Positions 8,084 to 18,400 of a DNA stretch of 64,000 nucleotides are shown here, piece after piece. How positions within the stretch are numbered: the first letter of the stretch is position 1; every line of letters starts with the position of its first letter. The DNA is from a virus. Its lineage: Duplodnaviria > Caudoviricetes. The DNA is taken from positions 279,422 to 343,421 of IMG/VR virus record IMGVR_UViG_3300047160_036266, one strand, 5' to 3'. Position numbers and translations under genes: made by a program. A model generated the notes under the pieces. The model worked only from the letters and a program-made list of their open reading frames with translations. It had not been told where the DNA came from and did not search any database.

Positions 8084-10372
8084 TTAGAAAATCCCCATCT
8101 GCCATTGCGTTCCATCGGGCCTGGACCCCAGCGCCGAAAAGGTCGTGTCCACGTCACTGAACTTGATAAAGGCGTTGGTGCTGTAGTCAAAGCTGAGGTA
8201 GGCTTTGTGGTCGCCATCGGACGTTGCAACCAGGGTGTTGGCTTGGTTGTCGTAGCCGATTACACTGGCATCTTGCAGCACTCGGAAGGATGAAGAGTTA
8301 AGGCTCGTATTGTTCGTCTCCCAAACCCCGCTGGCGTCGTTGTAGGCTGACACCGCACCCGAATTGTTGAAGAAGTACAGTCCTGAATTCAGTGGCACCA
8401 GTCGCCCCTCGATTTTCACCAAACCCGCCATGTCCGGCAACTTCCGAATATTGACCGCCTCCACCGTGCCTACAGGTTCGCTGCGGTAGAAGCTGCGCAA
8501 CTTGAAGAAATCACCCACATTGTCGTTGCGCACGAAATATCCGCTCGCTCCCTTCCAAGCGGAACGATAAACACTCATGTTCCCATCAAGAGGATTACCG
8601 CTGCCGTCATATTGAGCGGGATTTTGCATCAGGTCCGTCGCTCCGTTCAGATAGTTGCTTGTATAGATGGGGGTGTTTGTGTTGGCCTCTGTGATGAGGT
8701 TCGTAGTGTCCATCGTTTGGTTGGTGGGCGAACTGTTGGGGGCAATGGAGCCGGTTACGCCGCCCAGCAAAAAGTGGACGTTGTTGGGTGAGGCCAAGGC
8801 CACCCAATTCCAGGGTCGGTTGATGGTCAAGCGGCGTGTGTAGATGTCGCTGAAACCCTCGTATTCCAAGAACTCGATCCGTTCACTGGACGGTGGGGCC
8901 GTTACGGAACGCCCGCTGGCCCAATAAACAAGGCAAGAACCGCCGTCACCAGATAAGGTGGAGCCACGAGGCGTAAAGCCGTTGTTATGAGTGAACTCGT
9001 ACAGTTGTTGTACGGCGTTTCTGTCGCCGGTGGGCAAGAAGCTGGAATCGTAACTGATCTGGAAAGCAGCCCCCTGTTTCGCCTTGAAAGTTTCACTGAT
9101 GAGGCCGTACTCACGGGATTGAATATTCTGGGTGGCGTCGATGGTCCAATGCCACATATTTAGTTGCTCGATGATGTCGAAGGCGCTGGGCCACTTGGTA
9201 ATCCGGTAGGCCCCAAACTTCGTGTCCACCCGCAAAATTAGGTCGTATATTCCGCCAATGCCGTAAGAGGCCGTGGTCGTCGGAGAGTTCGTGTGTAGCA
9301 GGTCGTCGCCTGCCGCCCAGGTGTAGTGGGTCACTGGATCAATGGGGTTGTTGTACCCGTCGAGCAGTTCGCCAGCGAAAGATCGGCCCGTGTTCGGGTT
9401 TACTCCTGGCGGAACCTCGGCCTGAATGATGCTCCCGGTGACGGCGCGAATGACAGGGGGTGTGACATAAGGACCGCCAATGGGCACGCCAGGGGTGACG
9501 ATCTGCCCGGTGTAGGGTGCGAACTCGAATACCGCCTCGTCAGGGGCGGCAATGCGAGAATTTATCATCCCCGGCATTACCACTGTGTCGGAGCCGAACT
9601 TGTTGGTAACTGTCAGTGTCACGTCGAAGATGCCCGGCTCGTTATAAGTCTTGGTAATGGGACCGCCGCCAATATCAAATACCAGCACGTTGCTCATGTT
9701 TGGCGGCACCGCTGAAATAACCGAGATGATGGAGATAATGCTGCCGGTGTTGTCACCGAAATCCCATTCGATGGTTACGGGATCGTTTACGCTGTCGGTG
9801 GCCAGGCGAAAGCTCTGATTGGTGAAGATAACCGTCATAGGCACCAGGCCAACGGTTTTGTCGGTGGTAAACCAAGCCCTCGGCACCAGCACTAACTTGC
9901 GCAGGAAGTTGATTCTGCCCTCCAGGGTGGGGCCGAAGGGCCGGTCGTCAATGGTGCCCTGGATGCCAATGAAATCCTCGATGGCAATAACGGCATTCTT
10001 GAGGTTGTTGTGGTGATCGGCCATGACGTTCATGGTTACGTCGGTAATGTATTTCGGCTTGGGGCAATCGGTAAAACATGGCAGCAATTCCACGTCATTA
10101 AAGCTCATGGTCACGTTGTCGCTGGCGAGCGTGCGACTGTTGTAGAAAAATGACAAGGCACGCAGGGCCGGGTCGCTACACTGCTCGGTCAGCGTAATCT
10201 GTCCGGTGGCCGGGAACGTGAAGAACATATTCTGGTCCCCAGAGACGTAGATCACCTTGTCTCCGGCGCTGTAATCTTCCGCCAACTTCATGCGCAGGGA
10301 GTCATGCACCAAATAGAGGTTGGTGATGGTGTCAAAAGCTTCCGGGTAGTTGCTGGCTGTTGGAATTGTCAT
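8084..10372 (-). CDS. PKD-domain virion protein (762 aa)
   Basis: IEWDFGDN...KTYNEPGIFDVTLTVTNKFG is a PKD signature; N-domain shared with its neighbours. Confidence 0.8.
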   Translation of the reverse strand: MTIPTASNYPEAFDTITNLYLVHDSLRMKLAEDYSAGDKVIYVSGDQNMFFTFPATGQITLTEQCSDPALRALSFFYNSRTLASDNVTMSFNDVELLPCFTDCPKPKYITDVTMNVMADHHNNLKNAVIAIEDFIGIQGTIDDRPFGPTLEGRINFLRKLVLVPRAWFTTDKTVGLVPMTVIFTNQSFRLATDSVNDPVTIEWDFGDNTGSIISIISVISAVPPNMSNVLVFDIGGGPITKTYNEPGIFDVTLTVTNKFGSDTVVMPGMINSRIAAPDEAVFEFAPYTGQIVTPGVPIGGPYVTPPVIRAVTGSIIQAEVPPGVNPNTGRSFAGELLDGYNNPIDPVTHYTWAAGDDLLHTNSPTTTASYGIGGIYDLILRVDTKFGAYRITKWPSAFDIIEQLNMWHWTIDATQNIQSREYGLISETFKAKQGAAFQISYDSSFLPTGDRNAVQQLYEFTHNNGFTPRGSTLSGDGGSCLVYWASGRSVTAPPSSERIEFLEYEGFSDIYTRRLTINRPWNWVALASPNNVHFLLGGVTGSIAPNSSPTNQTMDTTNLITEANTNTPIYTSNYLNGATDLMQNPAQYDGSGNPLDGNMSVYRSAWKGASGYFVRNDNVGDFFKLRSFYRSEPVGTVEAVNIRKLPDMAGLVKIEGRLVPLNSGLYFFNNSGAVSAYNDASGVWETNNTSLNSSSFRVLQDASVIGYDNQANTLVATSDGDHKAYLSFDYSTNAFIKFSDVDTTFSALGSRPDGTQWQMGIF

Positions 10373-11382
10373 TAAAACACCGTAATCTTTTCTGTTAGGA
10401 ACGCCCGCTTGAGTGCCTGGTTGGCAAATACAATCAGAAGCGAGGGCGAGTAATTGCCTGCCTTCTGGTAAACGTGAGTGGCCGTGTGGTTGTTCGGGTC
10501 TTCTACGGTCATGCTATCCCCGTCATCGAATATCCAGTAACGCTGGGAGATGTTGCCGTCCGTCTGGTCCACGAAGTTAAAGGTCGTCGGCTGCCCGCCC
10601 AGCGAATTGGCCCGCTGCGCCGAGTCTCCCTGGATGGGCGAGACGTAGAAGAACGGGGCCTTGGCGTCATTGCTAACCGTGATATAATTGCTTTTGGTGG
10701 CAATCCCTAATGCCGCTGTCTGCGTAATCAAGTTCATGCTGACGGTGAACGCCCCCTCGGTTAAGTAGGTGTGGATCGGGTTCGTTTCTATCGAGGTCGT
10801 ACCGTCGCCAAAGTCCCACAGGTAACGAACCTCGCCCCGGTTGCTGAAGTTCTGAAAACGAACCCGCAACGGCGGTGGCCCAGACAGCGGGTAAGCGCGA
10901 AACAGGGGTTTCGGGGCCAAAAAGGTCGTTTCCAGTTGCTTGAGGATGCCATTCAGGGAAGCCGCATTGGGGAAATCCTGAACCCCCAGGTTTACCTCGA
11001 TCTGTTGCACGGCGTCCTTGACGGCGTTGTGGGCTTCGGCCATGACCCCACTCGTGACCGCTGTGCCGCTAGGCCAGGTAGTTTGCCTGGAGCCGGCAAA
11101 ACCACGAATGAGTGTCTGGAATTGCGTTGGGGTCGTATTGCCGTAGTAAATCAACTCCGCATCGCCCGTGGCGCTCGGTCCCACTCGCAACAGCCCTGTA
11201 TCGGGGAAGGAAGTGGTATCCTCCACAATGAGATACTTGCCGTTATAAGCAAGGCTCTGCCTGAGAACGGTTTCAGAAAGGTTCTTGGCGACGTACAACT
11301 GTGAGGGGTTGTCCCTTGCCAATGGATATAAGGATAACAACCCCGTCCGGTATCCTGGGTCCAGGGAGGATATTCTACTCAT
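10372..11382 (-). CDS. Two-PKD-domain virion protein (336 aa)
   Basis: YLWDFGDGTTSIETNPIHTY and YWIFDDGDS...ATHVYQKAGNYSPSL. Confidence 0.85.
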   Translation of the reverse strand: MSRISSLDPGYRTGLLSLYPLARDNPSQLYVAKNLSETVLRQSLAYNGKYLIVEDTTSFPDTGLLRVGPSATGDAELIYYGNTTPTQFQTLIRGFAGSRQTTWPSGTAVTSGVMAEAHNAVKDAVQQIEVNLGVQDFPNAASLNGILKQLETTFLAPKPLFRAYPLSGPPPLRVRFQNFSNRGEVRYLWDFGDGTTSIETNPIHTYLTEGAFTVSMNLITQTAALGIATKSNYITVSNDAKAPFFYVSPIQGDSAQRANSLGGQPTTFNFVDQTDGNISQRYWIFDDGDSMTVEDPNNHTATHVYQKAGNYSPSLLIVFANQALKRAFLTEKITVF

Positions 11383-12052
11383 CTAACTCCTTGTGCTTCA
11401 GCATTTCCAGCTTCGCCTTTTGGCCGTCCAATATATGTATCGCCTCCTGCTTAATTGGTGCGTCATTATTAAGGGCCAGGACCGTTTTCATAAGTTCAGT
11501 GTCAATAGGATGTTGCATCAACATCCGCATGTGGATGTCCTGCGTGAGCCGGGCGTTCCAATATTCCTTCTGCGCCCCCAGATCGTCGTAGGGGCGAGGC
11601 GGTTCTATTTCCGCCAGGGCCTCGAAGGCTTGCACGAAGAACCGGGCCTCCTCCTCGGTGTTTTTCAGCCGCTCCCGCAATTGTGCCATTGCCTCTAATA
11701 CGCCAGTCCGCTGGCGTTTGACCCGCCGGACCTTAATTTCGGTTTCTTTAACGTCGAGTTCTTGCGATTGCCGCTCGGCAATGGCGGTGGAGAGGGGTTC
11801 TTGCAACTTGAGGTTGAGGCGGGCTTCCTCTATATCTAGCAGGGCGAGCTTGTCATTTGTGTCCTCAAGCTCCAAAAATATGGCTTTTATCGACTCCCGG
11901 CGCATTTTCAATTCCCGGAGACACTGCCAGAGCTTGCTTTGGTGGGTTGGCTCCTTGCCGATGATAAAGTATTTCATCTGGAAGTAACTGTGGCGGCTGG
12001 CCACGTCGTTTTTCAAAAGAGCGTCCATTTTCGTCAGTAAATCGCTTGACAT
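11375..12052 (-). CDS. Coiled-coil protein, possibly a fibre-assembly chaperone
   Basis: Heptad-like Leu/Glu/Lys-rich core, directly upstream of the fibre-like genes; function is inferred only. Confidence 0.55.
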   Translation of the reverse strand: MSSDLLTKMDALLKNDVASRHSYFQMKYFIIGKEPTHQSKLWQCLRELKMRRESIKAIFLELEDTNDKLALLDIEEARLNLKLQEPLSTAIAERQSQELDVKETEIKVRRVKRQRTGVLEAMAQLRERLKNTEEEARFFVQAFEALAEIEPPRPYDDLGAQKEYWNARLTQDIHMRMLMQHPIDTELMKTVLALNNDAPIKQEAIHILDGQKAKLEMLKHKELDE

Positions 12053-12110
12053 TGGGTTCTCCTTCCGGGAAAATAAGCTGGTATTTTATTAGAGTCGCAC
12101 GGAGGCATTT

Positions 12111-12626
12111 ATGGGCGTCCTACGAGGCAAGCGGTGTTATTTGTCAGGGCCGATCCAGTACGACGATACCGGGCACAACTGGCGGGAAGGCCCACGCAAG
12201 GTGCTGGTCGAGGAATTTGGCATCGACCTGTTCGATCCCTTTGAAGACCCCAAACAGCAGTGGGTGCCTATGCTCATGGATGCGCAAGTGCGCAAGGACT
12301 ACGACACGATGCAGCGGATTTCCCGCCAGTTCGTGCGCAAGGACTTGTGCATGGTGGACCGGAGCGACTTCATCATCTCCTACCTGCCGTTTAAGATGCC
12401 CACTACCGGCACCCACCACGAGATCATCAACTCGGTGAATGCGAAAAAGCCCACCCTCCTGGTCTGCCCGCAGGGGAAGGAATTTGTGCCGTTGTGGTAC
12501 TACGGCTTCATCCCCCACGAGGTCATGTTCGGAAGCTGGGACGAGGTTTATCGTTATTTGCGGGATGTCGAGGCCATGAAGCACACCGAGAATAATCGGT
12601 GGGCTTATGTTTATGGATTGGTGTAA
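12111..12626 (+). CDS. Nucleoside 2-deoxyribosyltransferase / nucleotide N-hydrolase family
   Basis: YLSGPI, DLCMVDRSDFII and GTHHEI motifs. Confidence 0.85.
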   Translation: MGVLRGKRCYLSGPIQYDDTGHNWREGPRKVLVEEFGIDLFDPFEDPKQQWVPMLMDAQVRKDYDTMQRISRQFVRKDLCMVDRSDFIISYLPFKMPTTGTHHEIINSVNAKKPTLLVCPQGKEFVPLWYYGFIPHEVMFGSWDEVYRYLRDVEAMKHTENNRWAYVYGLV

Positions 12627-12627
12627 A

Positions 12628-12882
12628 ATGAAACGCGACGAATGGATACGAGAACGGGCTTATCATCTGTGGCAGCAGCAGGGTTGTCCAGACAAGCGTG
12701 ACCTGGACTTCTGGCTGGCTGCCGAACGCGAATATACCGCCGATCACATCTGTATTATGTCGCTGGGCCACTGCGATCACCAGATTTCCCACCCGACTGT
12801 GGCGGGCGGTCATGTGGCCATTTGTGACGAAACAACGGACTGTTGCAACCTGGCTCGCCACTATCTGCCTGGCGTTCACTAA
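12628..12882 (+). CDS. DUF2934-domain protein with a Cys/His-rich tail
   Basis: IRERAYHLWQQQGCPDKRDLDFWLAAERE. Confidence 0.85.
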   Translation: MKRDEWIRERAYHLWQQQGCPDKRDLDFWLAAEREYTADHICIMSLGHCDHQISHPTVAGGHVAICDETTDCCNLARHYLPGVH

Positions 12883-13463
12883 CAGATTTTCGCGCCGGCG
12901 ATGGCCTTGAACCGACAACCCTTTTCAATAGCCGCCATCGACCAGAAGAGCTTGCACAGTTCGAGGGGGTTCTTGTCGGCCATGTCTCCGACCAGCTTGA
13001 AGGTATTGCGGTGCATGAGGATGCCGTTGAGCGTCCCCTCGTAGAAGATATATTTGCCCTCGGCAATAGGGAAGAGGATGTCGGTGTCTTTTTCCACGAA
13101 GAGGGAGTATTTCTTGTCAAGGTTGGGGCGGACGTAGCTGCCCGCTATTACCAGCATATTCCAGTCAGCCTTGGCGTGCTTCATGCCGACGTTGATGAGG
13201 GAAGTGATCGTGTCTTTCCCTTCGTAGGTTTCACACTGCTTTTTTAACGCTTTCACGTCATCGGCGTGCATGGAGTCGCTTACCGTCACGATCATAGGGG
13301 CGGCGGGATAGTTCCTTTGCAGGTTGGCTATCGTGGAGCGAACGTGGCCCAGATTGTTGTCCGCACAGAGGACGACAAAACCGATTTGCAGCGGTTTATA
13401 GTGATAAAGCTTTGACTGCCCGTTAGCTGAGGGCGATGTCAAAGTCGATTCGGATGGTGTCAT
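12879..13463 (-). CDS. GT-A-fold-like protein lacking a clear DxD motif (start uncertain)
   Basis: IGFVVLC...SLINVGMKHAKADWNMLV resembles the GT2 segment NxGxxxAxxDW. Confidence 0.4.
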   Translation of the reverse strand: MTPSESTLTSPSANGQSKLYHYKPLQIGFVVLCADNNLGHVRSTIANLQRNYPAAPMIVTVSDSMHADDVKALKKQCETYEGKDTITSLINVGMKHAKADWNMLVIAGSYVRPNLDKKYSLFVEKDTDILFPIAEGKYIFYEGTLNGILMHRNTFKLVGDMADKNPLELCKLFWSMAAIEKGCRFKAIAGAKIC

Positions 13464-14196
13464 TTAACGTAATCGCATTCTGTAGGATAAAGCCCAGGTG
13501 ATCCACAGTCGGCGTAAACTGGTTCAAGGTCCAGGGGGCCGATATGTTGGCACTTGGGACGTAAACCGGCCCAGAGCTACTTAACCTGACTCCATTGATA
13601 AACACTCGCAAGCTGCCATCCATATACTGCGTCGGCAAACCCGTCGTGTAGTTCTGATAATTAGTGCTGACGGGCGAAACGTCATAATAGTGCCGATGGA
13701 TTGCGTCCACGGGGAACGCCAGTTGTGCCGAAACCTTATTCGGTGGCGTCACGACCCAGGTGATGGCCCACGACGGTTCAAGGACAATCGGCCCTTGATT
13801 GAACATGACGATGTTTGAGATCGTCTGCACGTCTATGGTCATGTTGGTCGCTTCATCATTGACCAACGCGAGTTTGTCCCGCTCGGCCTGCTGCATTCGG
13901 ACATAAGCAACGCTGTCCGGCCCAATGCCGTCCGTATGATAGCCGATATTGTGCAGGCAGTTATCAACTGCCGCTGGCTTGAGTGACCCGTCGCCGTTCA
14001 GCGACATGCCCAAGCGCTGCGCCAGCGTTGATTGCGTGCCTACCGAGTTTTGGATGTCGTTTTGAACGATGTCCACGGCGTCGTTGACAACCCCAATGCG
14101 GGTGATTAAAGCGTGCAACGGCAGGTTGTCGAAATCAACGTGGTACGGTTGAAGGGCATTATAAAGCGGTACAGGTATCAGGTCAAGTTCAGGCAC
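13423..14196 (-). CDS. Virion structural protein (257 aa)
   Basis: C-terminal GSLRVFINGVRL...TIRIDF beta module typical of phage structural proteins; GGAGG RBS. Confidence 0.65.
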   Translation of the reverse strand: MPELDLIPVPLYNALQPYHVDFDNLPLHALITRIGVVNDAVDIVQNDIQNSVGTQSTLAQRLGMSLNGDGSLKPAAVDNCLHNIGYHTDGIGPDSVAYVRMQQAERDKLALVNDEATNMTIDVQTISNIVMFNQGPIVLEPSWAITWVVTPPNKVSAQLAFPVDAIHRHYYDVSPVSTNYQNYTTGLPTQYMDGSLRVFINGVRLSSSGPVYVPSANISAPWTLNQFTPTVDHLGFILQNAITLNDTIRIDFDIALS

Positions 14197-14204
14197 GGTC
14201 CTCC

Positions 14205-14720
14205 TTACAGGCGATCTCGCAATATTCCTAAGTTATATAGGTCCAGTTCGAGAAAGCTTTGCCAGACATCCTTGGCCTCGGCAAATATCTGTGAATTGTC
14301 CTGAAACCAGCGTACTTCCTTGCCAACCGCCTCGCCGTAGTTGCCCAGCAGTTCCTCGCCCGGTTCGATGTCCCGCAGGGCCATGTACACGATCTCTCCG
14401 GCGTGCTGACTGCGTTTGGGCAAGTTCTTCACCCAACGTAGTTCCACGTTTTGCAGGCTAGGATCGTCGGTGTGGTTCACCATGCCGCCATAGCCCATCG
14501 GTACGATATAGGCGGTGAATTTCTCCCTGGGCGCGAACTTGTAGCGGTTCGCATAATGGGTGCAATGGTCCGCTGCGGAACTGCAACGAACCAGCACCCC
14601 GATGACCTCCAGGTAGTCGCCCTTGGGAATTTGCTCCAGAGCGAAACAGCCCAGGCCGGCGTTGGCCAGGGTGCTGGTCTTGATGCAAAAGCGGGTATCG
14701 GTTTCGTCAACGATGTACAT
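14205..14720 (-). CDS. SET-domain protein (lysine methyltransferase family)
   Basis: STLANAGLGCFA (GxG motif), GMVNH, ALRDIEPGEELLGNYG (ELxxxY). Confidence 0.9.
   Translation of the reverse strand: MYIVDETDTRFCIKTSTLANAGLGCFALEQIPKGDYLEVIGVLVRCSSAADHCTHYANRYKFAPREKFTAYIVPMGYGGMVNHTDDPSLQNVELRWVKNLPKRSQHAGEIVYMALRDIEPGEELLGNYGEAVGKEVRWFQDNSQIFAEAKDVWQSFLELDLYNLGILRDRL
14234..14239 (-). promoter_or_regulatory. Candidate late-promoter TATATA box
   Basis: 37 nt upstream of the 14196 start. Confidence 0.4.
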
Positions 14721-15025
14721 TACTCCTCGCTCTCTGCCAGGCGTGGTCCGCCGTGGTCGATCATACCGGCCTGGATGCCGTCGTATATTTCTTCCAGAGT
14801 GTATTCGGCACCGACGAACTCGTTGAAGCTATTTACAAAATGCGCCATGATGTCGCCGTGGACTGCCTTCCTCAAATGGGGGTTCTGGTTACAGTAAATA
14901 ACGGCGCTCCGCAAGGAATCTTCTTCTATCAGGTAGTCAAATAGCTGATCGTCAACAAATAGCGCGTTGATTTCCTTGCCGCACTCCTCGTTGTGAACCC
15001 GCCGGATTTCTATTTTCTTAGACAA
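14720..15025 (-). CDS. Hypothetical protein (101 aa)
   Basis: In the operon; its stop overlaps the SET start (TAATG). Confidence 0.7.
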   Translation of the reverse strand: MSKKIEIRRVHNEECGKEINALFVDDQLFDYLIEEDSLRSAVIYCNQNPHLRKAVHGDIMAHFVNSFNEFVGAEYTLEEIYDGIQAGMIDHGGPRLAESEE

Positions 15026-15497
15026 AGGACAACCTCCAGTTCCATGTAATTTGCATCTGTGCCGTTTTGCTCAGGTCAGGGAAGGTCGCCATGCTATACA
15101 GATCGCCTGAATTCATTTGCAACGCCATCTCATTCAATGTAAATCCGTTGGCCTCTTGAAAAGTGATTACCGAAGTAAAGAGGGCCTGGGTTGGCGCTGT
15201 CTGGTCGATGCTTGCCATGACTGGCTTGTTGGCACGGGTAACACCGAACAGGCCGTTCCTCTCGGTGCTGACAAACTTTATCGTGCCGCCGCTCGTCCCA
15301 CCATCGCCAAAGATCATGCGGGAAATGAAGAAATCATAAGCAGGGCCAATCTGGTTGGTTAGGCTTTGGGCCAACGCCTGCCGCCCCAAGCGCAGGATGG
15401 TATTGGGAAACCGGATGACCTCTTTTGGCCGGTCGTCCTGGTACTCTATGACCGCCTCGACACATCCTTTAATTGTCAATGCGTCCTCTTTGTTCAT
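15018..15497 (-). CDS. Tail-collar fibre / baseplate protein (DUF3751-like)
   Basis: NTILRLGRQALA, ISRMIFGDGG, EANGFTLNEMAL and FPDLSKT...ITWNWRLSF. Confidence 0.65.
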   Translation of the reverse strand: MNKEDALTIKGCVEAVIEYQDDRPKEVIRFPNTILRLGRQALAQSLTNQIGPAYDFFISRMIFGDGGTSGGTIKFVSTERNGLFGVTRANKPVMASIDQTAPTQALFTSVITFQEANGFTLNEMALQMNSGDLYSMATFPDLSKTAQMQITWNWRLSFV

Positions 15498-18400
15498 ATC
15501 TCTCCTTTTTCCTTAGTCCCGTCTGCATACTCGATGGTAAATTGGACGGACTCGCCTTGTGCGATTGAATCCACGACCTGGCCAGCGGGCTTGTTAAGCT
15601 GACTGAACAAGAATTGGGGCGGGGCAGCGCCCAGCACGGCGTTCAAGTCCTGGTCGTTCGTGATAATCTCCTTCCCTCGCCGGTCGATCTGGTCAAATCT
15701 CATCCCCTGAATCGTGTACGGCTGCTTGATATACTGGTAGATATTGAACGTCACCGTAGTTCCTCCGGCTGCCAGCGTTTTCCACGGATATTGAGTACCC
15801 GTGAGCGTCAAATGGGCACCGTTTATTGCTGCAATAGAGTAGTAATCCGTGCCGATAACCACCAGGAAGTCTTCCTTGAAGTAACTGTTGTCCAGCGGCG
15901 TGGCCGGCGGATTCGAGCCGTTGCTGATTCCCAACGAAGACTCCAGGTTGGTGCCGGCGTTAAGCTCCTGACCCACATAACCCAAATACCCTATCTGATT
16001 ATCCGCCAAGCGGTTATAGATGTGGATGGTGCGGCTGCCGACGTTGCCCAAGGTCCAACCCAAAATATGGAACTTCTGGATGAGAGCGCCGTTGGGAACG
16101 AAATCGCTGATCTGATACTGCCCGCCCGCCGAATCCAGCATGTACTGGCCTATCTTGGTAACGGTCGTCAAATCGGACATCATACTATCGTTGCTGATGT
16201 CCACCAAGGCACGGGGAGTGATAATCAGACTGCCCGTGGTACTGCTGGCCACCTGCACGCTGGTGTCCGTGAGGACGTTATAAGTGATCCCCGTAACATT
16301 GCTCGGTGGCAGAGTGCTGGTGTAATCCAGAACCAGTCCGCCGTTTGGCAATACTTGATTCACGGTGTAGGGTGTGGCGGAATAGGCGGGGATTTGTATT
16401 TTCCACGGGCCTCCACTCTGTCCGTGAGCAATGTCCCACTCAGAAACAACACCAAGCTCGGAGAACGATAGGTTGGTGTCCTGCAATTCCACCAAGTTGT
16501 CTTGGGTGATGCTTGCTGCCGTATTTGCGTACACATTATTGGAAAGCCGGAAGGTGAAGGGGGCGGTGCTAACCGGCTCTGTCAAGGTGGTGGGGGCAAT
16601 AGGGGCGATGTTCGCGTAATTCGTATTTGGTAAGGTTAGCAAATATTGCCCGGCAAGGGGCGAGGGGGCCAAAATCTCAAGGACATTATGACCCCCCAAG
16701 TTCATGCCGATGCGACTGAAGTTTACCAGCGGGCAGGCGATAACAATGTTGTCGTTGTAGGCGGTGCCGCTGGAGTTGTTGACGACCAGAGTGCTGTTAG
16801 CCAGCACGTTACGTTTTACCTGGGCCACGTCAAATCCCCCAAACATAGCCCGGCTGAACACATATTGTGCGCCGCCAGCTACGACTTCTTCTTGTCCTGT
16901 GTACTGCACAAGAGTTTCGATGGTTTCTACGGGTGACTGGATAAACTCATCCACACCGCCGCTGAAGTTGATGGCGTGGAGGACGGCGTGGAATGGCACA
17001 AAATCCCTGATGATTTCCTGGGCTTCGAGGAGCCGGTCGTTGGACAGGTTTTGAATCTCCAGGTCCAGGCTAAATTTGCTGCCCTGGCACTGGCTACAAG
17101 GGTCGAGGAAATCCTTATCAATGTCGCAGGGCAGGTAGGAGTCACGGAGGCTGCCGTTGTACTCGTCCATCATGTAGGCATTTTCGGAATATGGAAACTC
17201 AGTGCGTATCTTGCCGAAGATGACATCCTCTTGGAATGGATGCCTGTTCGGGATGATGACGCCGAACATCGGATCGTCTTCGTCCATGATCCGTACATTC
17301 CAGTTCTTGAGCGGTGCAATTTGTGCCCGCTCATCCCGTTGGTCAGCCAGCGGTAGCATCCTGATGTAATTCTCCACAAGTTGGCGATTGGGATTAGGCA
17401 CCGGGCTGACCAGATAGAGGATGAGGATGCTGTCGCCCGGCTGTAGCGGTGGCCCAACCCATGTCATGGTCGTAATACCTTGAGTGGTGTTGAAATTAAC
17501 GTAGGCCAGGTTGGTCAGGGTGTAGCTGGCGTCAGCGGCGTGGCGGATAGACAACTGGAAGTTGGCGGGGTCCACGGGCTGCGCCATATTGGTCAGGACG
17601 AAGGTATTGGCCCCCTCGAAATCGAACTGATCCTGCCAGGTGTACGGGGAGATCACCTGCCACATGCGGGTGAATTTGGTCATATTCATGCCCGCCTGCT
17701 GGAAAGCCTCCTGTAATGCCGTTATACTGCCCTTGCCTTTCAACAGGGGGATCGCACGCTTGATCTGCCGCCGCCACCGGGTCGGATCACTCGATCTGAG
17801 TTTCAGGTTAAACAGTCGGGCGAGCAGAGGTAAAAGGGCCTCGGCGGTAGCGTTGGCATCCAGAAGGTCCACAATCTGATTCGCCAGGTTCTCCAAATCG
17901 GTAAAACCCTTGGCCACAGCGTTGTTAAGGCTCGTCAAGGTCGGCTGCGTCAGGTCATTTACCGCCAGGGGCGTTGTGTAGACCAACGGCAGATATTGAG
18001 TCAGTAGTGTTTCGTACTTCCCAGGCTTGGTCTGGTGCGTTGGAATGCTGGTTGTTGCTTGCGTGTCGCCCAAAAGCGTGAATTTGTCATGGGCCGACTG
18101 ACTGGTGCCGGCTGGTAGCATGGCCCAGGTCCAGCAAATGAAGTAATCTCCCTCGCGCACCCCGACCGGGTTCCAGGCGAACTGAAAGTGACCAAACTGC
18201 GGATTGCCCTGGTCGTCCGTGGGAATGTTTTGTAGCGGCGAGTTGTCAGGATCGGTGCTGAGCCACGCTGGAAAATCCGCATTGCCAATAACGGCAATGG
18301 GCGTGGCTTCATTAAAGTAAACGGGTGCCACCGTCGCTTGGGATGCCGCCGCCTGCTGGGCAACCTTGGCCGCTTCGATATTCTCCGGCGTCGGGTTATC

